Under the pieces are notes generated by a model that worked only from the letters and a program-made list of their open reading frames with translations, made no database searches and was not told where the DNA came from. A program made the translations under genes and the position numbers. DNA of 64,000 bases from Clostridia bacterium (GTDB lineage Bacteria; Bacillota; Peptococcia; Peptococcales; BICA1-8), in NCBI GenBank assembly GCA_012720075.1, contig JAAXZE010000030.1, positions 24,734-88,733 on the forward strand, in the 5' to 3' direction. This document shows positions 21,558 to 30,695 of the stretch, piece after piece. Within the stretch, counting starts at the first letter, position 1. Every line of letters begins with the position of its first letter.

Positions 21558-22226
21558 ATGATTATTTCCACCTATAAAACTATTGCCATTCGCTGTCCTC
21601 AGTGCGGGAAGATGGATTTTTATGCCTTGTCGCGGTTTAGTATGAGTGGAACTAGCGTAGCTTCCATAGATTGTGAATGTGGTACAAACCTCCTGAAGAT
21701 GGGACGTAATAAAGGAAAAAATTTTTGGCTTCAAGTTAAGTGCAGCATGTGTGAGGACACTCACTTATTTGTTTTTAATTATAAGGAATTATGGCTGGGT
21801 AATCTTCAGACATTGCTCTGCGAAGAAACGGGTGTGGAAATCGGCTTCATCGGAGAACGTGAACCTGTTCGGAAAAATGTGCAAAATATGAACAAATCGG
21901 TACAGGAAATGGCGGAAGAATTAGGCTATGGTGAATATTTCAACAATCCCGAAATCATGTACAGAGTATTGGAACACTTGCATTCCCTAGCCGATTCCGG
22001 CCGTCTCTATTGTGATTGCAATAATCACAATTTGGATGTTGAAGTATACCCCGATCGGATGGAGTTGCATTGCAATGATTGTGGAGCAACGGGGATAGTC
22101 TTTGCCGAATCCTTTAAAGATTGGGAAAATGTAAGACACCTGGGCGAAGTGGTGTTAAGCCAAGGAAGCTTTAAATATTTTGATGACAGGAAACCCAAAA
22201 AGCGCCGGAAAAGAATCAAAAAATAA
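21558..22226 (+). CDS. hypothetical Zn-ribbon protein with basic C-terminal tail
   Basis: Cys pairs CPQCG..CECG, CSMCE and CDCN..CNDCG. Tail is RKPKKRRKRIKK. AAGGAGG RBS. Confidence 0.55.
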   Translation: MIISTYKTIAIRCPQCGKMDFYALSRFSMSGTSVASIDCECGTNLLKMGRNKGKNFWLQVKCSMCEDTHLFVFNYKELWLGNLQTLLCEETGVEIGFIGEREPVRKNVQNMNKSVQEMAEELGYGEYFNNPEIMYRVLEHLHSLADSGRLYCDCNNHNLDVEVYPDRMELHCNDCGATGIVFAESFKDWENVRHLGEVVLSQGSFKYFDDRKPKKRRKRIKK

Positions 22227-22385
22227 AATAAATAAAATAAGAAATACTACTACTAGTGAAGAAAAGGGGCTTCTACGGCCTCTTTCTTAGGCTTTAAAGG
22301 GGGACTTAATACAAAATCATTCTTTTATCTAAGGAAGGATTTTGTTTTTATTTTGCTTATATTTAATTTTGAGGAGGAATTTCTT

Positions 22386-23240
22386 ATGCCATTAGTTAAT
22401 GTCGACCGGTTATTAAGCAAAGCGGAAGCAGAAGGATATGCGGTGGGAGCGTTTAACTGCAATAACATGGAAATAGTCCAGGCAATAGTTGCCGCAGCCG
22501 AAGCGGAAAAGGCTCCGGTAATAATTCAGGCCAGCCAGGGAGCAATAAAATATGCCGGCCTTAACTACATAGTAAAATTGGTAGAAGTTGCGGCAGACAG
22601 TGTATCAGTACCGGTTGCTTTGCATCTGGATCATGGTACCAGCTTTGAACAGGTAGTTAAATGTATTCGGTATGGTTTTTCTTCAGTAATGATTGACGGT
22701 TCTAAATTACCTTTGGAGGAGAATATAGCTATTACTAAGAAAGTATTGGAAGTTGCCAGACCTTTGGGTGTTTCCGTAGAAGCCGAATTGGGTAAAATCG
22801 GAGGAACGGAAGATGATATCAGTGTTTCGGAGAGAGAGGCCATGTTTACCGACCCCCAAGAAGCCAAAACTTTTGTTGAGGCAACGGGAGTAACTTCACT
22901 GGCTGTTGCTATCGGTACAGCCCACGGTCAGTATAAAGGCAAACCGGAACTGGATTTCGAAAGGTTGGAAAAAATAAAGAAACTGGTTGGAATTCCTATT
23001 GTTTTACACGGCTCCTCCGGTGTTCCCGATGCTGATATTCAAAAAGCTATCAAATTGGGAGTAAGAAAAGTAAATATTGATACTAATATTCGGGAAGCCT
23101 TTATGAAAGGAGTTAAAGATGCCTTAGCCAAGAACCCGGCTGAAATCGATCCCAGAAAAGTCTTAGGTCCTGCCCGGGAAGAAATGATAGCTATAGTTAG
23201 AGAAAAGATACGGATTTTTGGAAGCAGCGGAAAAGCATGA
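22386..23240 (+). CDS. fba: class II fructose-bisphosphate aldolase
   Basis: VALHLDHG and VLHGSSG motifs. ATG 22386 follows GAGGAGG. Confidence 0.9.
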   Translation: MPLVNVDRLLSKAEAEGYAVGAFNCNNMEIVQAIVAAAEAEKAPVIIQASQGAIKYAGLNYIVKLVEVAADSVSVPVALHLDHGTSFEQVVKCIRYGFSSVMIDGSKLPLEENIAITKKVLEVARPLGVSVEAELGKIGGTEDDISVSEREAMFTDPQEAKTFVEATGVTSLAVAIGTAHGQYKGKPELDFERLEKIKKLVGIPIVLHGSSGVPDADIQKAIKLGVRKVNIDTNIREAFMKGVKDALAKNPAEIDPRKVLGPAREEMIAIVREKIRIFGSSGKA

Positions 23241-23284
23241 TTATTTAAGGAAAATTTCTCCCTGTCACCAGGAAACTTTTCCGT

Positions 23285-23346
23285 GGCTACAGTTCCCGTT
23301 CTACAGTGCTAAAGAAAAAAGGTTAAGGTTTCGCTTCGCTAGGTTG
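23285..23346 (+). repeat. Family D (CTACAGTG-type 8-mers) plus family C block
   Basis: GGCTACAGTTCCCGTTCTACAGTGCTAAAG, then AAGGTTAAGGTTTCGCTTCGCTAGGTTG. Confidence 0.8.
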
Positions 23347-23538
23347 TATTCGATAAAAGCAAGTTTTTACAGATGCATCTGCTTTTAAGCAAAATGCATG
23401 ATGAATCCGATGCATGGCAATTTTAATTGATGCATCCCATAAATGTTATCCAAAGATGATGCATCCTTTAAGTTTTACTCGGATGCAGATGCGTCAGGGA
23501 TGGTTCAACATGCATTAGATACAACCCAATAAGTCACT
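23347..23538 (+). repeat. Family A element, full copy
   Basis: CAGATGCATCTGCTTTTAAGCAAAATGCATGATGAATCCGATGCATGGCAATTTTAATTGATGCATCCC...GGATGCAGATGCGTCAGGGATG...CATGCATTAGATACAACCCAATAAGTCAC. Confidence 0.85.
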
Positions 23539-23546
23539 TGAAACAA

Positions 23547-23603
23547 AGCCACACTTACACGCTATCACACTTAATTTACTAGTCACCAGTCACTAATCAC
23601 TAA
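23547..23603 (+). repeat. Family B plus family H (CAGTCAC 7-mers) abutting the tal RBS
   Basis: AGCCACACTTACACGCTATCACACTTAA, then CTAGTCACCAGTCACTAATCACTAA, then ATGGGAGG. Confidence 0.8.
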
Positions 23604-23618
23604 ATGGGAGGTCATTTA

Positions 23619-24266
23619 ATGAAACTCTTTCTGGATACCGCCAATGTTGAAGAAATTCGTCAGGCCGTGGAATTAGGCGTGATTTGCGGTGTTACCACAA
23701 ATCCTACTTTAATAGCTAGGGAAGGCCGTAATTTTAAAGAGGTTATTACCGAAATCGCCGGTATAATTGATGGTCCTATTAGTGCCGAGGTGGTAAGTGT
23801 AACAAAAGAAGAAATGGTTAAAGAGGCCCAGGAAATGGCAAAAATACATAAAAATATTGTTGTTAAAATTCCGCTGATTCCGGAAGGGTTAAAAGCCATA
23901 AACGAACTTTCCAAAAGAGGCATAAAGACCAACGCTACTTTAATTTTTACCGTTAATCAGGCAATTTTGGCCGCCAATGCCGGTGCAACCTATGTCAGTC
24001 CTTTTATCGGGAGACTGGATGATATCAGTCATGACGGTATGGATTTAATTGCCGATGTTTGTCAGGCCTTTGCCAATTACGCTTATGATACGGAGATCAT
24101 CGCGGCCAGCGTCCGGGACCCAATACATGTCGCCCAAGCCGCCAAGTTAGGAGTAGATATTGCTACCGTCCCTTATAAATTAATTCTCCAAATGGCCAAA
24201 CATCCTTTGACTGATTTAGGTCTGGCAGCTTTTCTTAAAGATTGGGAAAAGGTGAAGGATAAGTAG
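23619..24266 (+). CDS. tal: transaldolase / fructose-6-phosphate aldolase family (short TalC/Fsa type)
   Basis: [10 protein letters not shown]-terminus and VVKIP, VSPFIGR motifs. About 215 aa. Confidence 0.85.
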   Translation: MKLFLDTANVEEIRQAVELGVICGVTTNPTLIAREGRNFKEVITEIAGIIDGPISAEVVSVTKEEMVKEAQEMAKIHKNIVVKIPLIPEGLKAINELSKRGIKTNATLIFTVNQAILAANAGATYVSPFIGRLDDISHDGMDLIADVCQAFANYAYDTEIIAASVRDPIHVAQAAKLGVDIATVPYKLILQMAKHPLTDLGLAAFLKDWEKVKDK

Positions 24267-24272
24267 CATTAG

Positions 24273-24446
24273 TTAGGTTAAGGTTGTTGAGGTTAAGATA
24301 TATTGTAGTTCTGCGGTGCTACATTTCTACAGAAAGAATTAATTTAGATTAAAGGTTGGAGATTTCGCTCACTTTGTTCGCAAGCTTTTGCTTCGCTGGA
24401 TTTAAGTTTTCGACGCCACGGCGTCATGGTGACAAGATGACACGTC
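24273..24446 (+). repeat. Composite C-D-C'-E, paralogous to 38322-38520
   Basis: TTAGGTTAAGGTTGTTGAGGTTAAG; TTGTAGTTCTGCGGTGCTACATTTCTACAGAAAGAATTAATTT; GAGATTTCGCTCACTTTGTTCGCAAGCTTTTGCTTCGCTGGATTTAAG; GACGCCACGGCGTCATGGTGACAAGATGACACG. Confidence 0.8.
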
Positions 24447-24485
24447 TTTATCAGGCGCAAAATTTATATCAATAATAATAGTCTA

Positions 24486-24565
24486 TTCACTGGGCACAGG
24501 GCACAAGACCAAAAGTCTGGCCCTAAAGTACAAACATGTGCAGTCATTAGTCGCTTGTCACTAAT
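24486..24565 (+). repeat. Family I plus family H upstream of glpX
   Basis: TTCACTGGGCACAGGGCACAAGACCAAAAGTCTGGCCCTAAAGTACAAACATGTG, then CAGTCATTAGTCGCTTGTCACTAAT. Confidence 0.75.
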
Positions 24566-24589
24566 TATTAGTTATGGAGGAGACATAGA

Positions 24590-25561
24590 ATGGATAGAGA
24601 ATTAGCATTGGAGTTTGCCAGAGTAACGGAAGCTGCCGCTTTAAACTCCGCCCGTTGGATGGGCAAAGGTGATAAAATCGCCGCCGACGACGCGGCCGTT
24701 AAAGCCATGCGGGCCATGTTTGATACTATAAATATTGATGGTACTGTAGTAATTGGTGAGGGAGAAATGGATGAAGCCCCTATGCTTTATATCGGGGAAA
24801 AAGTGGGTTTAGGCAGAGGCCCTAAGGTCGACATAGCCGTTGATCCTTTAGAAGGAACCAATCTGGTAGCCAAAGGCATGAACGGTGCCATTGCGGTCTT
24901 GGCCGTTGCCGAGGAAAACGGTCTTCTTCATGCTCCCGACATGTATATGGAAAAAATCGCCGTGGGACCGGGAGCCAAGGGTGCCATCAGCTTGGCTTAC
25001 AGTGTTGAAGAAAATGTAATAAATGTCGCCAAGGCATTAGGTAAAAGTGTGCAAGATGTAACTGTTGTTTTGTTGGATCGTCCTAGGCATGAGAAGCAAA
25101 TTCAAGCTATAAGAAAATTAGGCGCAAGAATTAAGCTTATTAGCGATGGCGATGTTAACCCTGCGGTAGCTACAGCTTTCCCGGAATCCGGTGTGGATAT
25201 CCTTATGGGTATCGGCGGTGCTCCCGAGGGAGTGCTGGCTGCTGCTGCCTTAAAGTGTATGGGCGGCGATATGCAAGGCAGACTTGTTCCGGAAAATGAT
25301 GAAGATATTGCCAGGGCAAAGAAGCTCGGTATCGAGGATATTAATAAAATCCTTACTTTAGATGACTTGGTACGAACTGATGACGTAATCTTTGCCGCAA
25401 CGGGTATCACTGACAGTGAAATGTTGAGGGGAGTACGCTTTCATAAAGACAGAGCAACAACTCACACCGTAGTAATGCGGGGTCAAACCGGTACTGTCCG
25501 TTTCATTGAAGCCCAACATTTCTTTGCCAAAAAGCCCAAATATGTAAAAATGGAAGGGTAA
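24590..25561 (+). CDS. glpX: class II fructose-1,6-bisphosphatase
   Basis: GKGDKIAADDAAV, DPLEGT and GIGGAPEGV motifs. Confidence 0.9.
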   Translation: MDRELALEFARVTEAAALNSARWMGKGDKIAADDAAVKAMRAMFDTINIDGTVVIGEGEMDEAPMLYIGEKVGLGRGPKVDIAVDPLEGTNLVAKGMNGAIAVLAVAEENGLLHAPDMYMEKIAVGPGAKGAISLAYSVEENVINVAKALGKSVQDVTVVLLDRPRHEKQIQAIRKLGARIKLISDGDVNPAVATAFPESGVDILMGIGGAPEGVLAAAALKCMGGDMQGRLVPENDEDIARAKKLGIEDINKILTLDDLVRTDDVIFAATGITDSEMLRGVRFHKDRATTHTVVMRGQTGTVRFIEAQHFFAKKPKYVKMEG

Positions 25562-25568
25562 TTTATTA

Positions 25569-25600
25569 ATTGAGAATTGAGAATGGAGAGTTGAGAATTT
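25569..25600 (+). repeat. Family G array (GAGAATT/GAGAATG/GAGAGTT 7-mers)
   Basis: ATTGAGAATTGAGAATGGAGAGTTGAGAATTT. Confidence 0.85.
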
Positions 25601-25630
25601 AATTAAAAAGGAGGGCAAGACGGGGTCTTT

Positions 25631-25665
25631 TCCTGCTTCTTGCCTCCTGCATCTTGCTTCTTGAT
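25631..25665 (+). repeat. Family L array (TCYTGCN 7-mers) in the rho leader
   Basis: TCCTGCT TCTTGCC TCCTGCA TCTTGCT TCTTGAT, ending directly at the rho RBS AGGAGG. Confidence 0.8.
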
Positions 25666-25672
25666 AGGAGGT

Positions 25673-26935
25673 ATGAATGTGGCTTTTACCACCGCAGAGC
25701 TTGAAGCAAAAACCATTGCCGAGCTCTATAAAATAGCCCGTGAAATGGAATTGACGGGCTATTCTAAACTGAGAAAAAAGGAATTAATTTTTGAAATTCA
25801 AAAAGCCAGTACCCAAATGGATGGGCTGCTTCAAGCCCAGGGGGTTTTGGAGATAATGCCGGACGGTTACGGCTTCCTTCGACCTTTCGCGTATTTGCCC
25901 AGCCAGGATGATATCTACATATCGCCTTCCCAAATCCGCAAGTTTGACCTGAGAACCGGTGACAGGGTAGCGGGACTTGCCCGTAAACCTAAAGAAGGTG
26001 AGCGATATTTCGCGCTGCTGCGTGTAGAAGATGTTAACGGTGAACCTCCTGACAAATCTCCCGAGCGTTTGCATTTCGATGGTCTTACCCCCATTTATCC
26101 CCTTGAAAAACTCCACCTGGAAACTGATAACGACAGCATCTCACCGAGAATAATCGATCTTATCTCCCCTGTAGGCAAAGGACAAAGAGGGCTTATAGTG
26201 GCGCCGCCCAAAGCGGGAAAAACAGTACTTTTAAAGGAAATTGCCAACAGTATTTCTATAAACCATCCCGAGATTGAGATCTTAATTCTGTTAATCGATG
26301 AACGCCCGGAAGAAGTAACCGATATGCAGCGTTCTGTCAAAGGGGAGGTAATTAGTTCCACTTTTGATGAACCGCCGGAAAACCATGTAAAAGTGGCGGA
26401 AATGGTTTTGGAAAGGGCCAAGAGGCTGGTTGAGCATAAAAGAGATGTGGTAATCCTGATGGATAGCATTACAAGACTTGCCCGTGCCTATAATTTGGTA
26501 ATTCCTCCCAGTGGACGAACCTTATCGGGGGGAGTTGACCCCAGCGCCCTGCATAAACCCAAGCGTTTTTTTGGCGCTGCTCGGAATGTTGAGGAAGGGG
26601 GCAGTCTTACTATCCTTGCTACAGCTTTAGTGGATACCGGCAGCAGGATGGATGATGTAATTTTTGAGGAGTTTAAAGGAACCGGCAATATGGAGCTGAT
26701 TTTGGACAGAAAACTGGCTGAAAGAAGAATTTTCCCTGCCATAGATATCAAAAGATCAGGCACAAGAAAGGAAGAGTTGCTCCTCTCCAAAGAAGAGCTA
26801 ACTTTTGTCTGGCAGTTTAGGAAAACCTTTAGCAACTCCGATACGGTAGAAGTTGCGGAAATGCTGATTGATGCCTTGAAAAAGGGGAAAACCAACAAAG
26901 ATTTGGTTCGAGCCTGGCCTAAGCTGATGAAGTAG
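25673..26935 (+). CDS. rho: transcription termination factor Rho
   Basis: GYGFLR RNA-binding domain and Walker A PPKAGKT. Start is ATG 25673 or GTG 25679; the latter is better spaced from AGGAGG. Confidence 0.95.
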   Translation: MNVAFTTAELEAKTIAELYKIAREMELTGYSKLRKKELIFEIQKASTQMDGLLQAQGVLEIMPDGYGFLRPFAYLPSQDDIYISPSQIRKFDLRTGDRVAGLARKPKEGERYFALLRVEDVNGEPPDKSPERLHFDGLTPIYPLEKLHLETDNDSISPRIIDLISPVGKGQRGLIVAPPKAGKTVLLKEIANSISINHPEIEILILLIDERPEEVTDMQRSVKGEVISSTFDEPPENHVKVAEMVLERAKRLVEHKRDVVILMDSITRLARAYNLVIPPSGRTLSGGVDPSALHKPKRFFGAARNVEEGGSLTILATALVDTGSRMDDVIFEEFKGTGNMELILDRKLAERRIFPAIDIKRSGTRKEELLLSKEELTFVWQFRKTFSNSDTVEVAEMLIDALKKGKTNKDLVRAWPKLMK

Positions 26936-26946
26936 CTTAAATAGCT

Positions 26947-27078
26947 TTTGGGTGAAAATTATGGGTCGGCAGTAAATCTTCCGTGTAAAGTTCCGAGGTC
27001 AGTGTGACGGCTTACGGGTCAGGCTTTTGGGACGGTGTGACGTCTTCCGGGATAGTCTCACGGTCGGTCTTGGACACC
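26947..27078 (+). repeat. Family J array (core GGTCRGYRTGACGKCTTAC), left-arm orientation
   Basis: GGGTCGGCAGTAAATCTTCC..GAGGTCAGTGTGACGGCTTACGGGTCAGGCTTTTGGGACGGTGTGACGTCTTCCGGGATAGTCTCACGGTCGGTCTTGG. Confidence 0.7.
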
Positions 27079-27260
27079 ATTGCATCATACTGAACGAGGA
27101 ACGAGCAAAAGACCTAAACTCTTTATCCCTTTGGCCTTTGGAGATTGTTAGGTTGATGGCTTGCCTTTAGGTAGAATTTTCCAGGAATAATATGTATAAA
27201 ATCTCTGCTCTTCACCCCAAAATATTGAAGATGTTAATTTTTTTAAATGGAGTGAAGAGA

Positions 27261-28139
27261 ATGAAGAGTTTAAGAGTTAAAAGCAAGGGGATAATCCTGT
27301 TAATATTTTTATTTTTCCTGTTGGTGCCATTGGTAGTGGAGGCCAAGGAATATAAACCTCTGGTTTTGGACTTGCCGGCAGAGAGTCAAAATGAAGCCGG
27401 AACAGTAAAATATGTCATTAAAAAGGGAGATACCCTTTATAGCATCGGCCGCAAATTTAACTGTACCGCCGATCTGATTGCCGCTATTAATGGTATCAGC
27501 AATCCCCATCTAATCAAACCAAATCAGGAAATATTGATCCCCAAAATTATGGAGGTAACCCATGAGGTTACGGCCGGTGAAACAATCTGGAGTATTGCTG
27601 CTCTTTACGGTGTCTTACCCCAGCAAATAATATTTGCCAATGATATATGGTTTCCCGACCGGTTAGTACAGGGAACTTTTCTGGAAATCCCTATAACTGC
27701 TCAGGTTACTATTGCCGGCAATACCGTCAATAAAATTTCATCCCGTGAGAAAGGAAGCTTTATGTATACACCTACGGTGGGAGTTTTATCATCCGTTTTC
27801 GGATCTCGGGGGAAAGAATTTCATACAGGTATCGACTTGGCCAATAAGCAAGGTACGGCTATTAATGCTGCTCAGGCCGGAAAGGTAACCTTTGTCGGCT
27901 GGAAAGGAAATTACGGTTGGACCGTTGTCATAGACCATCTCAATGGCTATAAGACCCTTTATGGCCATAACAGTAAAATACTTGTCCAAAAAGGACAGTG
28001 GGTGGAGAAAGGTCAAAAGATAGCTTTAATGGGCAATACGGGACGTTCCACCGGTCCCCACCTGCATTTTGAAATTTACGAGAACGGTAAAGTGGTAGAT
28101 CCGTTAAAATATATTTATCTGAGGGACAATGACTATTAA
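27261..28139 (+). CDS. secreted LysM-domain M23 peptidase
   Basis: Signal peptide, two LysM repeats (YVIKKGDTLYSIG, HEVTAGETIWSIA) and M23 motifs (HTGIDLA, GPHLHFE). Confidence 0.8.
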   Translation: MKSLRVKSKGIILLIFLFFLLVPLVVEAKEYKPLVLDLPAESQNEAGTVKYVIKKGDTLYSIGRKFNCTADLIAAINGISNPHLIKPNQEILIPKIMEVTHEVTAGETIWSIAALYGVLPQQIIFANDIWFPDRLVQGTFLEIPITAQVTIAGNTVNKISSREKGSFMYTPTVGVLSSVFGSRGKEFHTGIDLANKQGTAINAAQAGKVTFVGWKGNYGWTVVIDHLNGYKTLYGHNSKILVQKGQWVEKGQKIALMGNTGRSTGPHLHFEIYENGKVVDPLKYIYLRDNDY

Positions 28140-28140
28140 A

Positions 28141-28252
28141 ATGAATGCCATTTTTTATTGATGCATCCGATGAAATCGGTCTCTTGGGATGCATCTACTA
28201 TTTAGTGATACTGAATGATGCATCCGATGAATGATAATTTTTTGGATGCATC
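28141..28252 (+). repeat. Family A element, rearranged partial copy
   Basis: Four GATGCATC boxes. Starts with the central box (ATGAATGCCATTTTTTATTGATGCATCC) followed by the 5' box. Confidence 0.7.
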
Positions 28253-28271
28253 TTACTAAAGAAGTTATCAT

Positions 28272-28331
28272 TGTACACTCATACACTAAAACACTTACAC
28301 ACTTAAGCACTAACATACTATCACACCAAAC
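28272..28331 (+). repeat. Family B array upstream of the radical-SAM gene
   Basis: TGTACACTCATACACTAAAACACTTACACACTTAAGCACTAACATACTATCACACCAAAC. Only a few G on the + strand. Confidence 0.8.
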
Positions 28332-28353
28332 ATTTTCGGAGGAGTAAGAAAAG

Positions 28354-29607
28354 ATGTTCCATTTTGTATATGCAGATGAACATGGCAACGCCTTTGACCA
28401 TCCCGGGCTATTTGCTTTAGGAAGATTAGGCAATTCCTTTGTAGAGCCGACGGAAGACGAATTTATTCCGATGCCTCAAGGCACTTCTCTGACATTGATC
28501 CCGAATCGTACCGCAGTAGTCATGGATAAAAAGGGACAATTTAAAAAATACCGGGGAAAAGGGTGGGCAGTGGGTGCACTATTGCCCCAAGGTTATACCA
28601 GGACTTTACTGCCGGCTTTTGTCAATGATGCAAAAGCCGGCCCTTTGCCTTTGTTTGGTTATACCGCAGTAGGCTATAAAGACGGACGTTTTTATGTAGC
28701 CGCTCGACCTACGGACATCGATGATAAATGGAACCCTAAACATTTTAATACCGCCGTTCTAAAAGAAAAAGTAAACCGATTAGTTGAAAAATTTCCGCAA
28801 AACCGCATTATCCGGCAATTAAGCTTTTGTGCCCTGGAATACGGCTGTTTTACTGCCCAAAATATTTTTTATGAGAGATGGGAAGGGGGTATCCCTGCTT
28901 CTCCTGCTTGTAATGCCCGATGTTTAGGCTGTATTTCCCTCCAGCCAGCGGAGTGTTGCCCTTCACCTCAAGCCAGGATTAATTTTGTGCCCGATGTCAA
29001 AGAAATTGTGGAGTTAGGTGTCCATCACCTTAATACTGCCCAGGAAGCCATCATCAGTTTTGGCCAGGGCTGCGAAGGCGAACCGTCCTTACAGGCTGAT
29101 ATAATTGTCCAATCTATCATTAAAATCCGGGAACAGACCGGTAACGGTACCATAAACATGAATACCAATGCCGGTTATACAAAAGGGATTGAGAAGATTT
29201 GCCGGGCAGGGATAAATTCTTTGCGGGTTAGTTTAAACAGTGCCCGAAAGGGAACTTATCATGCTTACTACAAACCCCAGAATTATACTTTTGAGGATGT
29301 CAAGGCCTCATTAAAGGAAGCGGACGGGCAAGGGGTTTATACATATCTTAATCTTTTGTTTTTCCCCGGCGTCAATGACTGTGAAGATGAAGTTGAAGCT
29401 CTCCTGGATTTGGTAAATACCACCGGTGTTAAAGCTATCCAAATCAGAAATCTTAATATTGACCCCGATTGGTTTTTAGCCAATATACCCCTTCCCCAGG
29501 GAGAGCCGCTAGGTGTTCCCGCCTTTTTGGAGGTTTTGAAACAAGAATTGCCCCATGTGGAAATTGGGAATTACACAAAACCGGTGGGGACATACAGAGA
29601 AGATTAA
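28354..29607 (+). CDS. radical SAM protein, unknown function
   Basis: CNARCLGC is a CxxxCxxC cluster motif. Also a GQGCEGEP glycine-rich motif. 417 aa. No partner genes nearby. Confidence 0.65.
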   Translation: MFHFVYADEHGNAFDHPGLFALGRLGNSFVEPTEDEFIPMPQGTSLTLIPNRTAVVMDKKGQFKKYRGKGWAVGALLPQGYTRTLLPAFVNDAKAGPLPLFGYTAVGYKDGRFYVAARPTDIDDKWNPKHFNTAVLKEKVNRLVEKFPQNRIIRQLSFCALEYGCFTAQNIFYERWEGGIPASPACNARCLGCISLQPAECCPSPQARINFVPDVKEIVELGVHHLNTAQEAIISFGQGCEGEPSLQADIIVQSIIKIREQTGNGTINMNTNAGYTKGIEKICRAGINSLRVSLNSARKGTYHAYYKPQNYTFEDVKASLKEADGQGVYTYLNLLFFPGVNDCEDEVEALLDLVNTTGVKAIQIRNLNIDPDWFLANIPLPQGEPLGVPAFLEVLKQELPHVEIGNYTKPVGTYRED

Positions 29608-29960
29608 GGGATGGCATTATGGCTTTGGGGTTAAAGAATCGGTCTGCTTGACGGCTAAAAGACCAATTTTTCTGGACCGCATGACGTCTTCTAAGCAAAA
29701 TTATAGGTCAGCATGACGTCTGCCGGGAAAACTTTTCCGTCAGCTTTTGTAATTCATTAAAATTAGATTTTTCGGTCGCTTCTTCCCCGGATAGCACACT
29801 GTTAACTGTATAAATTAAGGACCGACCCAGGGAATTAGCCTATAAGACGTCACACCGTCCTGCATTTTAACCCCAGAGCCGTCACACCGACCAAAAATTT
29901 AACCCGTAAGCCGTCATACCGACCTAAAAAATAACCCGAAAGGCATAATATCGGCCTGCA
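29608..29960. repeat. Family J inverted array (left arm about 29608-29745, right arm about 29815-29960; right arm has a 32-33 bp period)
   Basis: Left arm: TTGACGGCT, CGCATGACGTCTTCT, GGTCAGCATGACGTCTGCC. Right arm: GACGTCACACCGTCC..., then GTCACACCGACCAAAAATTTAACCCGTAAGCC, GTCATACCGACCTAAAAAATAACCCGAAAGGC and ATAATATCGGCCTGCAAAATAACCC, with cores at 29848, 29881, 29913 and 29945. Confidence 0.8.
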
Positions 29961-29992
29961 AAATAACCCATATAGGCCATAAGCACTCCCTC

Positions 29993-30021
29993 TTGACTCA
30001 TAAAAATAAAGAATATATAAT
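29993..30021 (+). promoter_or_regulatory. sigma-A-type promoter for rpmE
   Basis: TTGACT, 17 nt, TATAAT. Lies immediately downstream of the family J right arm. Confidence 0.8.
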
Positions 30022-30062
30022 GTAATAAGTGTTTTGATACCGATGGAAAGAGGTGAACCCGA

Positions 30063-30263
30063 ATGAAAGAAAATATTCATCCAAAATATGGTGTTGCTAA
30101 GGTTATTTGCGCCTGTGGTAATGAATTTGAAACCGGCTCTACTAAAAAGGAGTTAAGGGTTGAAATTTGTTCCAAGTGTCACCCTTATTTTACAGGAAAA
30201 CAGCGTACTGTTGCAGCTGCCGGTCGGGTAGAAGCATTTAAGAAAAAACATGGCATTCAATAA
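30063..30263 (+). CDS. rpmE: 50S ribosomal protein L31
   Basis: [10 protein letters not shown]-terminus with CxC..CxxCH zinc motif. Strong promoter and terminator. Confidence 0.95.
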   Translation: MKENIHPKYGVAKVICACGNEFETGSTKKELRVEICSKCHPYFTGKQRTVAAAGRVEAFKKKHGIQ

Positions 30264-30275
30264 AAGCATTTAATT

Positions 30276-30301
30276 CTGCCGACACTTGTCGGCAGTTTTT
30301 T
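30276..30301 (+). terminator. intrinsic terminator after rpmE
   Basis: Stem CTGCCGAC/GTCGGCAG, 4-nt loop, TTTTTTG. Confidence 0.85.
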
Positions 30302-30470
30302 GTTTATAACAATAGGAATGTTTTTATGCAAGCATACCAGGCAATTATATTTTTTTATTGGACTAAAAAAATTTTTTGTTTTTTTAATAAAAAAAGAAGG
30401 TATTTTTTGTTGTTTAGCAAATATTAAAATTAATTTTCTTTAACCCATTAATTGGATTTGGCTTCAAACA

Positions 30471-30500
30471 TTGACTCACAGCAAAGTTGTCTGTTATGCT
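30471..30500 (+). promoter_or_regulatory. candidate extended -10 promoter for the mrp cluster
   Basis: TTGACT, 18 nt including TGT, then TATGCT. About 190-nt AT-rich leader. Confidence 0.45.
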
Positions 30501-30695
30501 ATATTTGGTTTTTATCTTTTTTTTACCGGCCATGTTCCCAAGCTGGTTTTTTTCTTATTCGGGACAGGCATTTAAATAGATTTTTTATAATTTTATTTTA
30601 TTTATTTGGTGTGAAGGGAGGTAATATTTTATTTTTTCTTGCTGTAAAAAATTTTACAATAATTTAAAAACAACTTTATTTAGGTGGTAATGCGG

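Noticed and set aside
30452-30667. A 71-aa ORF in the AT-rich mrp leader, and similar ORFs read through repeat arrays (28155..28433-, 29850..30080-, 45369..45560+, 45537..45740-, 42718..42954-, 42776..42976+).
   Set aside because: They have no RBS. Their composition is driven by homopolymer or repeat sequence, and their translations are implausible. They are better explained as non-coding repeat or leader DNA.
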